A stretch of DNA of 61,908 bases from Bacilli bacterium (lineage in GTDB: Bacteria; Bacillota_I; Bacilli_A; RF39; UBA660): assembly GCA_051872635.1 (NCBI GenBank), contig JBJEEA010000014.1, positions 1,944 to 63,851 of the forward strand, read 5' to 3'. Made by a program: the position numbers and the translations under genes. This document shows, one piece after another, positions 40,798 to 48,899 of this stretch (positions within the stretch are counted from its first letter, which is position 1; every line of letters begins with the position of its first letter). The notes below the pieces were generated by a model, which was given only the letters and a program-made list of their open reading frames with translations, made no database searches and had not been told where the DNA came from.

Positions 40798-40894
40798 TCC
40801 CGAACTAAACTGTGGTACAAGCGGCTATACGCGAAAAAGAGAACAATTAGTCCGTAGTTGTGAACTGTTTTTAACCCGCTTAATCATTACAAAT
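40798..40894 (+). repeat. att-like direct repeat copy 2
   Basis: Matches 33145-33241 with 5 mismatches, all left of acaagc. Confidence 0.9.
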
Positions 40895-40957
40895 AATTGA
40901 TTTGAAAAAGTATAATATTATAAAATAATTGGAGTATACTAATAATGGATATACTAA

Positions 40958-40986
40958 TTGACATTTTCGTAAAAATGTAGTATATT
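40958..40986 (+). promoter_or_regulatory. Sigma-A promoter of the type III TA locus
   Basis: TTGACA -17 bp- TATATT. Confidence 0.7.
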
Positions 40987-41005
40987 TATATTGCACTGAA
41001 AAGTG

Positions 41006-41112
41006 TGAAAATGTTTTTCGCTTCTGGATGGTGCGAATAATAAATGATTCCAGGCGACAATGTTTTTCGCTTCCAGGTGGTGCGACTAATAAATGATCCT
41101 GGTTGAAAATGT
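41006..41112 (+). ncRNA. Type III antitoxin RNA (CptI/ToxI-like), about 2.2 repeats of 49 nt
   Basis: aatgt recurs at 41010, 41059, 41108; each unit can form an H-type pseudoknot (tcgc/gcga plus ctgga/tccag or ccagg/cctgg). Confidence 0.85.
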
Positions 41113-41117
41113 AGAAT

Positions 41118-41148
41118 AACTTCATCATATGATGGAGTTTTCTTTTGT
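41118..41148 (+). terminator. Terminator between antitoxin array and toxin
   Basis: aacttcatcat/atgatggagtt inverted repeat plus T-rich tail. Confidence 0.75.
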
Positions 41149-41180
41149 TTTGTGATATATTATATGTGGAGATGATGTAC

Positions 41181-41648
41181 ATGGAAATAAAGACAGGTTA
41201 TTTATATCATATTAAAGATGAATATTTCGATGTTGTAGATGATGATAGTTTAATGCAAAATCATGAGAAAGGTAAAAAAAGACCAACTTATTTTACTATT
41301 AAAGATAAAGATATTTTATGGTTTATACCAATAAGTTCTAAAATAGATAAATATAAGAAAATAATTGATAAGAAGATAGAACGATATGGTTTTTGTAATA
41401 CAATTATAATTAGGAAAATAGCAGATGAGGATGCTGCAATATTACTTCAAAATGCATTCCCAACATTAGAAAAATATATAGATCATGTACATACTGTAGA
41501 TGGTGTTCCATTAAATGTTCCAACCGATTTACAAAATGAAATTAAAAGTTTATTTAAAAATATGATTGGGTTAAAGAAAAGAGGAACTAATTTATTTTTT
41601 ACTGATATAGATAGTTTAAAACAAAAAATGTTAGATGAAATAAAATAA
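41181..41648 (+). CDS. Type III TA endoribonuclease toxin, CptN/ToxN family
   Basis: GYLYHIKDEYF, RP.Y, WFIPISS, LLQNAFP..EKYI; promoter-repeat-terminator-toxin layout. Confidence 0.85.
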   Translation: MEIKTGYLYHIKDEYFDVVDDDSLMQNHEKGKKRPTYFTIKDKDILWFIPISSKIDKYKKIIDKKIERYGFCNTIIIRKIADEDAAILLQNAFPTLEKYIDHVHTVDGVPLNVPTDLQNEIKSLFKNMIGLKKRGTNLFFTDIDSLKQKMLDEIK

Positions 41649-41709
41649 ATAATTAAATATGAGTCATTTTAGTGTTTATGCATATTTGGTACACATTTAA
41701 GTACCTTAT

Positions 41710-41721
41710 TGTGGTACAAGC
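41710..41721 (+). repeat. att-like core copy 3 (probable outer right boundary)
   Basis: tgtggtacaagc identical to 40811-40822; followed by chromosomal-type genes. Confidence 0.6.
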
Positions 41722-41749
41722 CAAATTAAAAGAAAATATGTAATACTTA

Positions 41750-41775
41750 AAAAGAGTACAGAAATGTACTCTTTT
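41750..41775. terminator. Bidirectional terminator
   Basis: aaaagagtaca-gaaa-tgtactctttt. Confidence 0.7.
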
Positions 41776-42013
41776 ATAGTTTATCTATTCCATCTTTTAT
41801 AATATTATTTGCTTTTTGAAGGGTATCTTTATTTATACCTTTCCATTCATCATTAAAGGTATAACTTCCATTAGTACATAGGGTTTGTCCTATTAACATA
41901 ATATAGTTTCCTACAGCACTTTGTTCAGTGGGAGTAAGATTATCAATCAATGCTAAACCTATTAGAAAAGCTGAAGTAGTTAGAGCTCTTCGATCTATTT
42001 GATTATTATTCAT
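41774..42013 (-). CDS. Small hypothetical protein
   Basis: 79 aa; AFLIGLAL..LT..EQ..VGNYIMLIGQTL pattern typical of small Firmicutes proteins. Confidence 0.6.
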   Translation of the reverse strand: MNNNQIDRRALTTSAFLIGLALIDNLTPTEQSAVGNYIMLIGQTLCTNGSYTFNDEWKGINKDTLQKANNIIKDGIDKL

Positions 42014-42176
42014 ATTACATATTATTCTAAAATATAATAAATTAGTAGAAATAATGAAAAATAATAAATTTTAAGTTGACAATTAGGTTATAAAAATGGT
42101 ATACTTAATTTGTTCGAAATTAATAGGTTGGTTATAGTAGTATAAGCTTTAATTAGCAAATTTAATTTTGTTTGTC

Positions 42177-42253
42177 GGACCCTTAGCTCAGTTGGTTAGA
42201 GCATCCGGCTCATAACCGGGCGGTCGCAGGTTCGAGTCCTGCAGGGTCCACCA
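42177..42253 (+). tRNA. tRNA with CAT anticodon, most likely tRNA-Ile2 (lysidine-modified) rather than Met
   Basis: Cloverleaf GGACCCT...AGGGTCC ACCA, loop CTCATAA; resembles Bacilli Ile2. Confidence 0.92.
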
Positions 42254-42266
42254 TTTAATTATCTAT

Positions 42267-42350
42267 GCGGGTGTGGCGAAATTGGCAGACGCACTAGACT
42301 TAGGATCTAGCGGTTTATCCATGGGGGTTCAAGTCCCTTCACCCGCACCA
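42267..42350 (+). tRNA. tRNA-Leu (TAG)
   Basis: GCGGGTG...CACCCGC ACCA, loop CTTAGGA, long variable arm. Confidence 0.95.
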
Positions 42351-42359
42351 AATGATTAT

Positions 42360-42390
42360 TAACCCTTGTCAAATAAGGGTTTTTATTTTT
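42360..42390 (+). terminator. Terminator after the tRNAs
   Basis: aaccctt-gtcaaat-aagggtt plus T-run. Confidence 0.6.
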
Positions 42391-42394
42391 TGGG

Positions 42395-42890
42395 TTTTGT
42401 TTTTGGTCTTGTTTTTCCAACAATGACACCAATTTGTATTGCAAATTTGGATAAAGATGACCATAAATATCTAGTGTTATTGGAATATTTTCATGATCTA
42501 AATATTCACTTATAATTTCTATTGGAATGCTTTTATTAATACACATACTTGCAAATGAGTGTCTAAAATCATGAATTCTAATAACTTTATCTATTCCTGC
42601 AAGTTTACAATTATTGTCACACTTTCGTTTTAAAGTTATTAATTTAATTCTTTAAAATATTCTTTTTTATTCACAATTAAAATACTTTTCTAATATATTA
42701 TAAACGACATTAATTAATTGATTTTGAAGTTTTTGAAGTGGTTAAAAACAAACTTATATTTTCATATCTAGGATTATATGTGACTTTTATATTTATCAAG
42801 TTATTTTTTAAATCAATATTTTCTTACTTGGTACAAGAATTTCACTACGATGCATTCCGGCATAAAACAATATTGTGAAAAAATACTTTT
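42395..42890 (-). pseudogene. Decayed tyrosine recombinase (phage integrase) remnant
   Basis: Minus-strand fragments FFTILFYAGMHRSEIL (about 42830-42885) and IRIHDFRHSFASMCI..ISEYLDH...TLDIYGHL (about 42450-42585), separated by frameshifts. Confidence 0.75.
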
Positions 42891-43111
42891 ATATATATTT
42901 GCTTATATTTTTTTGATATTTAAATAGATAGTAAAATCGGTATAATTTAATATAGATTAAAAAAATTATAATGTTTTAATGCTGTTTTTGATTACTGTAA
43001 TATTATTAAATATTAGTTATTATCAAATTCAACTTAAAGTTTAGTTATTTCAACTTATATTTTATAGATTTGTTAATATGTTTATTTTATAATGTTATTG
43101 AGGTGAGAAAA

Positions 43112-43708
43112 ATGAAAAAGAAATTAATTGTTATTGTTGTTAGTATTGTTGTTATTTTATTAGGAGGTCTTTCTTTATGGCTTTTTTATTTTAATAAAGA
43201 AAGTGATAGCGAGAGATTTGCTGATGAATATAGTTCTGTAACTCGTGATAATGTTTTTGTATATAAGAATATTGATGAAATTATTAAAATATTAGAACAT
43301 GGTACTGGTGTAGTTTATTTAGGCTTTCCTGAATGTCCTTGGTGTGAAGCTTATGTTTTTTATTTGAATGAAGTCGCTAAGGAAAATTATGTAGAAAAAG
43401 TTTATTATTATAATATTTTTGAGGATAGAAAAAACAATACTGAGGGATATAAGAAAATTGTTAATATTTTGTCTGATTATTTACAATATGATGATGATGG
43501 TAATAAGAGAATATATGTACCTGCTGTAATCGGTGTTAATAACGGTAAAATTGTCTTTTTTGATGATGAGACTGCTTGGAATACTAAGGGCTATGAAACG
43601 CCTCAAGAATATTGGAATAATGAAGATCTTTCTGGGCTAAAAAATAGATTATCTAATATGTTTGAACTTACTAGTGATAATGTTTGTACTTCTGGTTGTA
43701 ATGAGTAA
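43112..43708 (+). CDS. Membrane-anchored thioredoxin-fold protein
   Basis: N-terminal TM, YLGFPECPWC, YVP cis-Pro; ATG 43112 with RBS gaggtg. Confidence 0.75.
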   Translation: MKKKLIVIVVSIVVILLGGLSLWLFYFNKESDSERFADEYSSVTRDNVFVYKNIDEIIKILEHGTGVVYLGFPECPWCEAYVFYLNEVAKENYVEKVYYYNIFEDRKNNTEGYKKIVNILSDYLQYDDDGNKRIYVPAVIGVNNGKIVFFDDETAWNTKGYETPQEYWNNEDLSGLKNRLSNMFELTSDNVCTSGCNE

Positions 43709-43756
43709 AATAGTAATTAATTTAAAAATAAAAAGCCTTTGAATAAGGCTTGTATA

Positions 43757-44575
43757 TTATCCCAATGCAACATCTAAGATCATCATTACTGAAAAGCCAA
43801 TTAATGTAAATAGGGCCATTAGGTCTTTTTTCTTATTGGTTTGGCTTTCGGGTATTAATTCTTGAACGACGACATATATCATAGCACCTGCGGCAAAGCT
43901 TAAAAGAAATGGTAATATATGTCTTATTTTTAGAACGAGGAGAGCTCCGATTACTCCGGATATGGGCTCAACAATACCACTTAATTGACCATAAAAGAAA
44001 GCTTTTTTACGACTTAATCCTTCTCTTCTTAAAGGAACTGATACTGCTGTACCTTCAGGAAAGTTTTGAAGACCTATTCCTAGAGCGAGAAGAGAAGCAG
44101 CGGTTAAGTTAGCTCCATTTAAGCCATAAATAATAGAACCAAAAGCAACGCCTACGGCCATGCCTTCAGGAATATTATGAAGAGTTATTGAAAATATTAG
44201 CATTAAACATCTTTTGAAACTACTTGCTTTTTGGTTATCTTTATTTGCTTTTTTAGAAAATTTCTTTTCAAATAAATCGAATATTTTATCACCAAAATAT
44301 AAAAGGACGCCACCACTAAAGAAGCCAATAAAAGTAACTAACCATGCTATCATATTAAGATTATTAGCCATTTCGATAGCAGGAGAGAGTAGTGACCAAA
44401 AAGAAGCTGCAATCATTACACCTGCGGCAAAACCGAGCATGGCATCCATGATATTTTTGTTTAACTTTTTGAATAGGAATACTAGTGCTGCTCCAATAGC
44501 GGTTATGCTCCAGGTAAATATTGTGGCAATAAGAGCTTGCCAAACAGGATTTAGATTAACTAAAAATTTTATCAT
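43757..44575 (-). CDS. ZIP family metal transporter (ZupT/GufA type)
   Basis: LGFAAGVMIAASFWSLL, ITLHNIPEG, LQNFPEG, FAAGAMIYVV. Confidence 0.92.
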   Translation of the reverse strand: MIKFLVNLNPVWQALIATIFTWSITAIGAALVFLFKKLNKNIMDAMLGFAAGVMIAASFWSLLSPAIEMANNLNMIAWLVTFIGFFSGGVLLYFGDKIFDLFEKKFSKKANKDNQKASSFKRCLMLIFSITLHNIPEGMAVGVAFGSIIYGLNGANLTAASLLALGIGLQNFPEGTAVSVPLRREGLSRKKAFFYGQLSGIVEPISGVIGALLVLKIRHILPFLLSFAAGAMIYVVVQELIPESQTNKKKDLMALFTLIGFSVMMILDVALG

Positions 44576-44618
44576 ATTAATAATCATCCTCACATTAATA
44601 GATTATGATATATTAATA

Positions 44619-44912
44619 CTATTGTTTGGGCTTTTGACTTATTGGGTATTTTTTTAGTTTTTTTTTGAAAGAATACATAGTTATTTTAATGAATCTATTA
44701 TCAAGCGTTGGAGTAAATATAATATCGTTAAATCCTTCAAAAATTTCACCATTTAATATTTTTTGAGTAATATATTTCTGATAATAGTAACAAACTAAAT
44801 TTATATCTGTTATTTTACTGAAATTATAATTCCAAAAATATAATTCTTTATTTTTCTTTGTTTCAGTTAATATATATTCTTCATCATTTATTGTAATTGG
44901 GTTATTTTTCAT
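44619..44912 (-). CDS. Hypothetical protein
   Basis: RBS agagga, 97 aa. Confidence 0.55.
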   Translation of the reverse strand: MKNNPITINDEEYILTETKKNKELYFWNYNFSKITDINLVCYYYQKYITQKILNGEIFEGFNDIIFTPTLDNRFIKITMYSFKKKLKKYPISQKPKQ

Positions 44913-45015
44913 TTTTCCTCTTATAAAAAGAAGAGACTATAATTAATAGTCTCTTTATATTTAAAGCTACTTTATCGTAGCTATTAGTATTATATGTAAC
45001 TACTAAATAAATATA

Positions 45016-46110
45016 CTATGTTTTCTTCTTTTTTAATATATTTTTAATAAAAATACTGATAGATATAATAGCATAAATACCAAATAGTGGAGCTAAAATA
45101 TATGGGTATATTTTATATGTGTAATTATTAAACATAGTATTATTACTAAATATGTTATATGATGCAATAACTATGATAATACATAGAATTAGGTTAAATA
45201 ATTTACTATTTTTCTTTTTGATAATATTTCCTTTTATGTAATAGATAATCATTGATAAATTAATAACGGAACATAAAATCCAGTGGAGGGATAGGAAGTT
45301 TTCAATGCGATCGATAAATCCAAATAGTGATATTCTTTTTAGGGATATATATCCTGGATATTGATATAATTCAATCAAATATTTTCCTAATGTACCATTT
45401 GATAAGAAGGATACAAGAAAGATAGTAATAGCGGATATGATATAGCCTATCCATAAATATTTATTTATTTTTTCTTTATCTACTAGATTGTTTTTGGGAA
45501 AAATAAGAAGGGTATAGATAGGACTTAGAGTAATTAACATATTTATTATGCCTCCTAGAAGGGGCTTTTTTAGACCAAATTCTAAAATGGGTTTTAAGTT
45601 TTCTAGTTGAAATTCTTGACTTAGATAGATAAAACTAAAAATAAAGAAGGCAAAAACAATAATTATGAAAATACTACTTACTCTAGTTATGGTTTCAAAA
45701 CCTTTATTTACTCCGTGGAAGATTATAGCTATTGTAATAATTAGAACAAGTAAAAGGGGAGTATCCGATAGGTATTGAGATACGATAAAGTTTCCTAGAT
45801 TAAATAGGACAGTTATGCCTATAACAAAGTATAGTAGTATGATAAGAATATTAATAATATTACCAATCACTTTACCAAAAAGATAAACTGTTTTTTCATA
45901 TATTGGTAAGTCTTTTTCATAATTAAAAATATAGAGAAAAAAGAGTAAGGGAATTATACCAATGATACTACCTATAATAATGCAAAAATAAGAGTCAATG
46001 CTAGCGGTTTTAATAGTTGTGAATAAACTAAGACCGATTGATGAAGATAAAATTATGAGAATAAAAGTATTTACAAACTGAAGACTGTTAATTTTTTCCT
46101 TCATATTCAA
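45016..46110 (-). CDS. Spore germination receptor B subunit (GerAB/GerKB family)
   Basis: About 10 TM helices, G.E.I.R, ENLKP, FIDRIE motif. Confidence 0.8.
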   Translation of the reverse strand: MNMKEKINSLQFVNTFILIILSSSIGLSLFTTIKTASIDSYFCIIIGSIIGIIPLLFFLYIFNYEKDLPIYEKTVYLFGKVIGNIINILIILLYFVIGITVLFNLGNFIVSQYLSDTPLLLVLIITIAIIFHGVNKGFETITRVSSIFIIIVFAFFIFSFIYLSQEFQLENLKPILEFGLKKPLLGGIINMLITLSPIYTLLIFPKNNLVDKEKINKYLWIGYIISAITIFLVSFLSNGTLGKYLIELYQYPGYISLKRISLFGFIDRIENFLSLHWILCSVINLSMIIYYIKGNIIKKKNSKLFNLILCIIIVIASYNIFSNNTMFNNYTYKIYPYILAPLFGIYAIISISIFIKNILKKKKT

Positions 46111-47278
46111 TTCCTCCTAGTGTATTTCCTTTTTCATATAGCTTTAGTTTAGCTTCTACTTCAATATTTAGATTAGGGAAAATATCTTCATACCAGTTTT
46201 GACAGTTTTCTTTGAAGTATTTATGATCTGTTTTATAGTAGAGATCTTGAAAGCCAAAAACATCAGTTTGGTATTCATCTCTTATTTTTTTGAAAGTATT
46301 ATTTATCATATTTTCTATTTTTTTATTTAATTCTTTTTCTAGTGAGTTTATTTCATCAGGTGATTTTAAATTTACGATAGATGCCACTTCGTTAATTCTG
46401 GCAAATCCTTCAACTGTTATAGAAACTTTATTTTCCGCTACTTTTGCTTTTGTTTTGGTTTTAATGCGGTTTGGCTCAAAAACTATATAACCGTCTTCTC
46501 TTTCCATGGTTATGATGGAATCTTTAAGTTCTCCTGTTATTAGGTTAAAAGCTTTAGCTTCATCTTCGGTTAGATATCCTTTTATTTTGTTATCTTTAAA
46601 AACTGCGGTAGTTGATATTTTGACAGTGGTATCTTGTGTGGTTGTTGTTATATTTTCATGTTCTTCTCCTTCTTTTATGCTTCCTTCTACTATCATTGAG
46701 GGAAGAGTGATTTCTAAATATGGGTTTAGATACATATTGGCTAGTTCATTTACTGTATAGGAAGAAGAAATGCCTAAATATTCACTTTGCTTTTCTAAAG
46801 ATTCTAAAATATTTGACGAGGATAGATTGTCTAAGAGAGTTTGAATGGATATTCCTTTAAGACTTTCATTATTTCTAGCTATTATAACTTTGAATTCCGC
46901 TCGCAGTTCTGGATCTCTTATAATAAAGTCTAAAACTTCAGGTAAATGTTCTCTGGCTACTTCTTCACTTAATATGACAATTTGTAAGTGAGAACCATAT
47001 ATTTTTCTTGGAGATTCGACAATTATATTTCTAAATGCTTCTTGAACTGATTTGGCACTACTTTCAAAGTTTACAATTATTGGTTCACCAATGCTTGTTG
47101 TATCTTGCTGTTTAACAGGGTTTACTAATTGGGCAATAATGTTAAAATTATCTTTTTCTTCATCATAGTCAATGCTTACGGCAGTCATGATACCAAGATC
47201 ATTTAATTCTCGGTAGTTATAACAACCACTTAATATTAATGGAACTAAAAGAAGTATTAATAATTTAATTTTTTTCAT
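46088..47278 (-). CDS. Spore germination receptor C subunit, Ger(x)C lipoprotein
   Basis: Lipobox LSGC, YRELNDL, AVFKD, DVFGF. Confidence 0.88.
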   Translation of the reverse strand: MKKIKLLILLLVPLILSGCYNYRELNDLGIMTAVSIDYDEEKDNFNIIAQLVNPVKQQDTTSIGEPIIVNFESSAKSVQEAFRNIIVESPRKIYGSHLQIVILSEEVAREHLPEVLDFIIRDPELRAEFKVIIARNNESLKGISIQTLLDNLSSSNILESLEKQSEYLGISSSYTVNELANMYLNPYLEITLPSMIVEGSIKEGEEHENITTTTQDTTVKISTTAVFKDNKIKGYLTEDEAKAFNLITGELKDSIITMEREDGYIVFEPNRIKTKTKAKVAENKVSITVEGFARINEVASIVNLKSPDEINSLEKELNKKIENMINNTFKKIRDEYQTDVFGFQDLYYKTDHKYFKENCQNWYEDIFPNLNIEVEAKLKLYEKGNTLGGIEYEGKN

Positions 47279-48710
47279 TAGTAACCTCCCTTGTTATATT
47301 ATCGGTTAAAAATTCATTTCTTTTTTTTCTAGATTTTATTGGAAATTTGATGATGCTGTTTTTTAAACCTGCTACTGATAGGGGAGCATAAGGTATCATA
47401 AATGGTTTACCAAAGGAATTTAAAGAACATAGATTAATAGTAAAGAAGATAAAGACAATAAAGACGCCAAACATTCCAACTGTAGTAGCTCCAATCATGA
47501 AAAGAAATCTATACCACTTGATAGCATTTATTATTTCTGGTTCAGTAAATAGTAGGGCACTAATGGCTGTTATGGCTTCGACAATAATCATAACAGGTGA
47601 TACGATACCAGCGTTAACAGCGGCTTCACCTAATATTAGAGCTCCTACTATAGAAAGAGCGGAGTTTGAAACATTGGGAATACGAAGATCACTTTCTCTT
47701 AATATTTCAAAAGATAAAATCATAAGGAGGGCTTCAAAGAAGGCAGGAAATGGTACAGTACTTCTTTGTGAGGCAAAACTCGTTAAAAGTTCTAGAGGGA
47801 GCATTTCTTGATTGAAGGTTGTTATGGCTATATAAATACCTGGGGTCATAACAGTTATAAAAAAAGCAATATATCTTAGAATTCTCGTTAAACTGTTATT
47901 AATACTTTTACTATCCTTATCGTCTTCTGATATAAAGTAGTCATTTAAGAAGACAGGCATGATTAGGGCAAAAGGACAGTTATCAAGAATAATTACAGTT
48001 TTCCCATTCATTAGTGCATCACAGACTTTATCGGGGCGTTCTGTGGTCATAATGGTAGGAAATACTGATTTGACTTCTTTGGTAATTAGATGTTTTAAGG
48101 TTCCAGCATCTGTCATATGGTCTATTTGGATATTATTTAGTTTATTTACTATTTGATCTTTTATTTTTGGATCGGCTATACTATCTATTGTTAAAATACT
48201 TATTTTTGTTTTAGTATAAGTTCCTATTTCTAGGTCTTCGTTCCATAGTTTGTTTGATTTAATTCTCCTCTTAATAAGACCAATATTGGTTTCAATATTT
48301 TCATTAAATGAATCAAATGAACCACGAACAGTACTTTCGGTCATTGGTTTTTCAATACTTCTAAAAAGATTTTTTTTAACTTCAAGAGCTAGGGAATAAT
48401 CATTTTCAATAAGTAAAATGACAAAACCGTTATTTAAGTACTTGCAGATATCGTCATATCCTTTTATTTCTTTTATTTTTATATTACTAATATTATTTTT
48501 TATAACGTCATATAGTAATTCTTTTTCATTATAAATGTTTTCAATATGATCAAGGCTTCGATAAATAAAGTTAGATAGTTTATCTGAATCAGTAAGTGTT
48601 TCATTATAGATAATGTCAATTCTAGTTTTCCTTATATATTTTTCTCTATAGATTATATATGAACTATTATTGGTATCTTGTTTTAATTTTTTAATAATTT
48701 TATTATTCAT
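47265..48710 (-). CDS. Spore germination receptor A subunit (GerAA/GerKA family)
   Basis: RSIEKP.TE..VRG, TERPD, PGIYIA, RS.VPFP, EILRE..LRIP, IVGALILGEAAVNAG. Confidence 0.92.
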   Translation of the reverse strand: MNNKIIKKLKQDTNNSSYIIYREKYIRKTRIDIIYNETLTDSDKLSNFIYRSLDHIENIYNEKELLYDVIKNNISNIKIKEIKGYDDICKYLNNGFVILLIENDYSLALEVKKNLFRSIEKPMTESTVRGSFDSFNENIETNIGLIKRRIKSNKLWNEDLEIGTYTKTKISILTIDSIADPKIKDQIVNKLNNIQIDHMTDAGTLKHLITKEVKSVFPTIMTTERPDKVCDALMNGKTVIILDNCPFALIMPVFLNDYFISEDDKDSKSINNSLTRILRYIAFFITVMTPGIYIAITTFNQEMLPLELLTSFASQRSTVPFPAFFEALLMILSFEILRESDLRIPNVSNSALSIVGALILGEAAVNAGIVSPVMIIVEAITAISALLFTEPEIINAIKWYRFLFMIGATTVGMFGVFIVFIFFTINLCSLNSFGKPFMIPYAPLSVAGLKNSIIKFPIKSRKKRNEFLTDNITREVTNEKN

Positions 48711-48899
48711 AATTATAAGTTCACCTCATAATTATTATGGTTAGAAATAGGAATAATATAATTTTTTTATTTAAAAGCAATTAAGAAATACTGTTATTTA
48801 TTTTATATGTCTACTTTTCATTTCGTTTTTGTAAAATAAGTCTCTATTAATTGACAAAAGTCGTAAAAAAAATTATAATTATACTAGAGGTGGTTTAGT

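Larger units (their letters stand above)
33164..40816 (+). mobile_element. att-flanked cassette 1 (degenerate element remnant with cargo operon)
   Basis: Bounded by direct repeats; contains recombinase 3' end, XRE, parB pseudogene and 7-gene operon. Confidence 0.65.

Noticed and set aside
33145-40894. 97-bp repeat pair as DGR template/variable repeats
   Set aside because: No reverse transcriptase in the window; the five mismatches are clustered on one side and are not adenine-specific
41006-41112. 49-nt repeats as a mini CRISPR array
   Set aside because: Units are contiguous with no unique spacers, no cas genes, and the layout fits a type III antitoxin
40880-41182. 100-aa minus-strand ORF
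   Set aside because: Antisense to the TA promoter and antitoxin RNA; no recognisable features
42307-42546. 79-aa ORF as an intact gene
   Set aside because: It is the tail of the integrase pseudogene running antisense into tRNA-Leu
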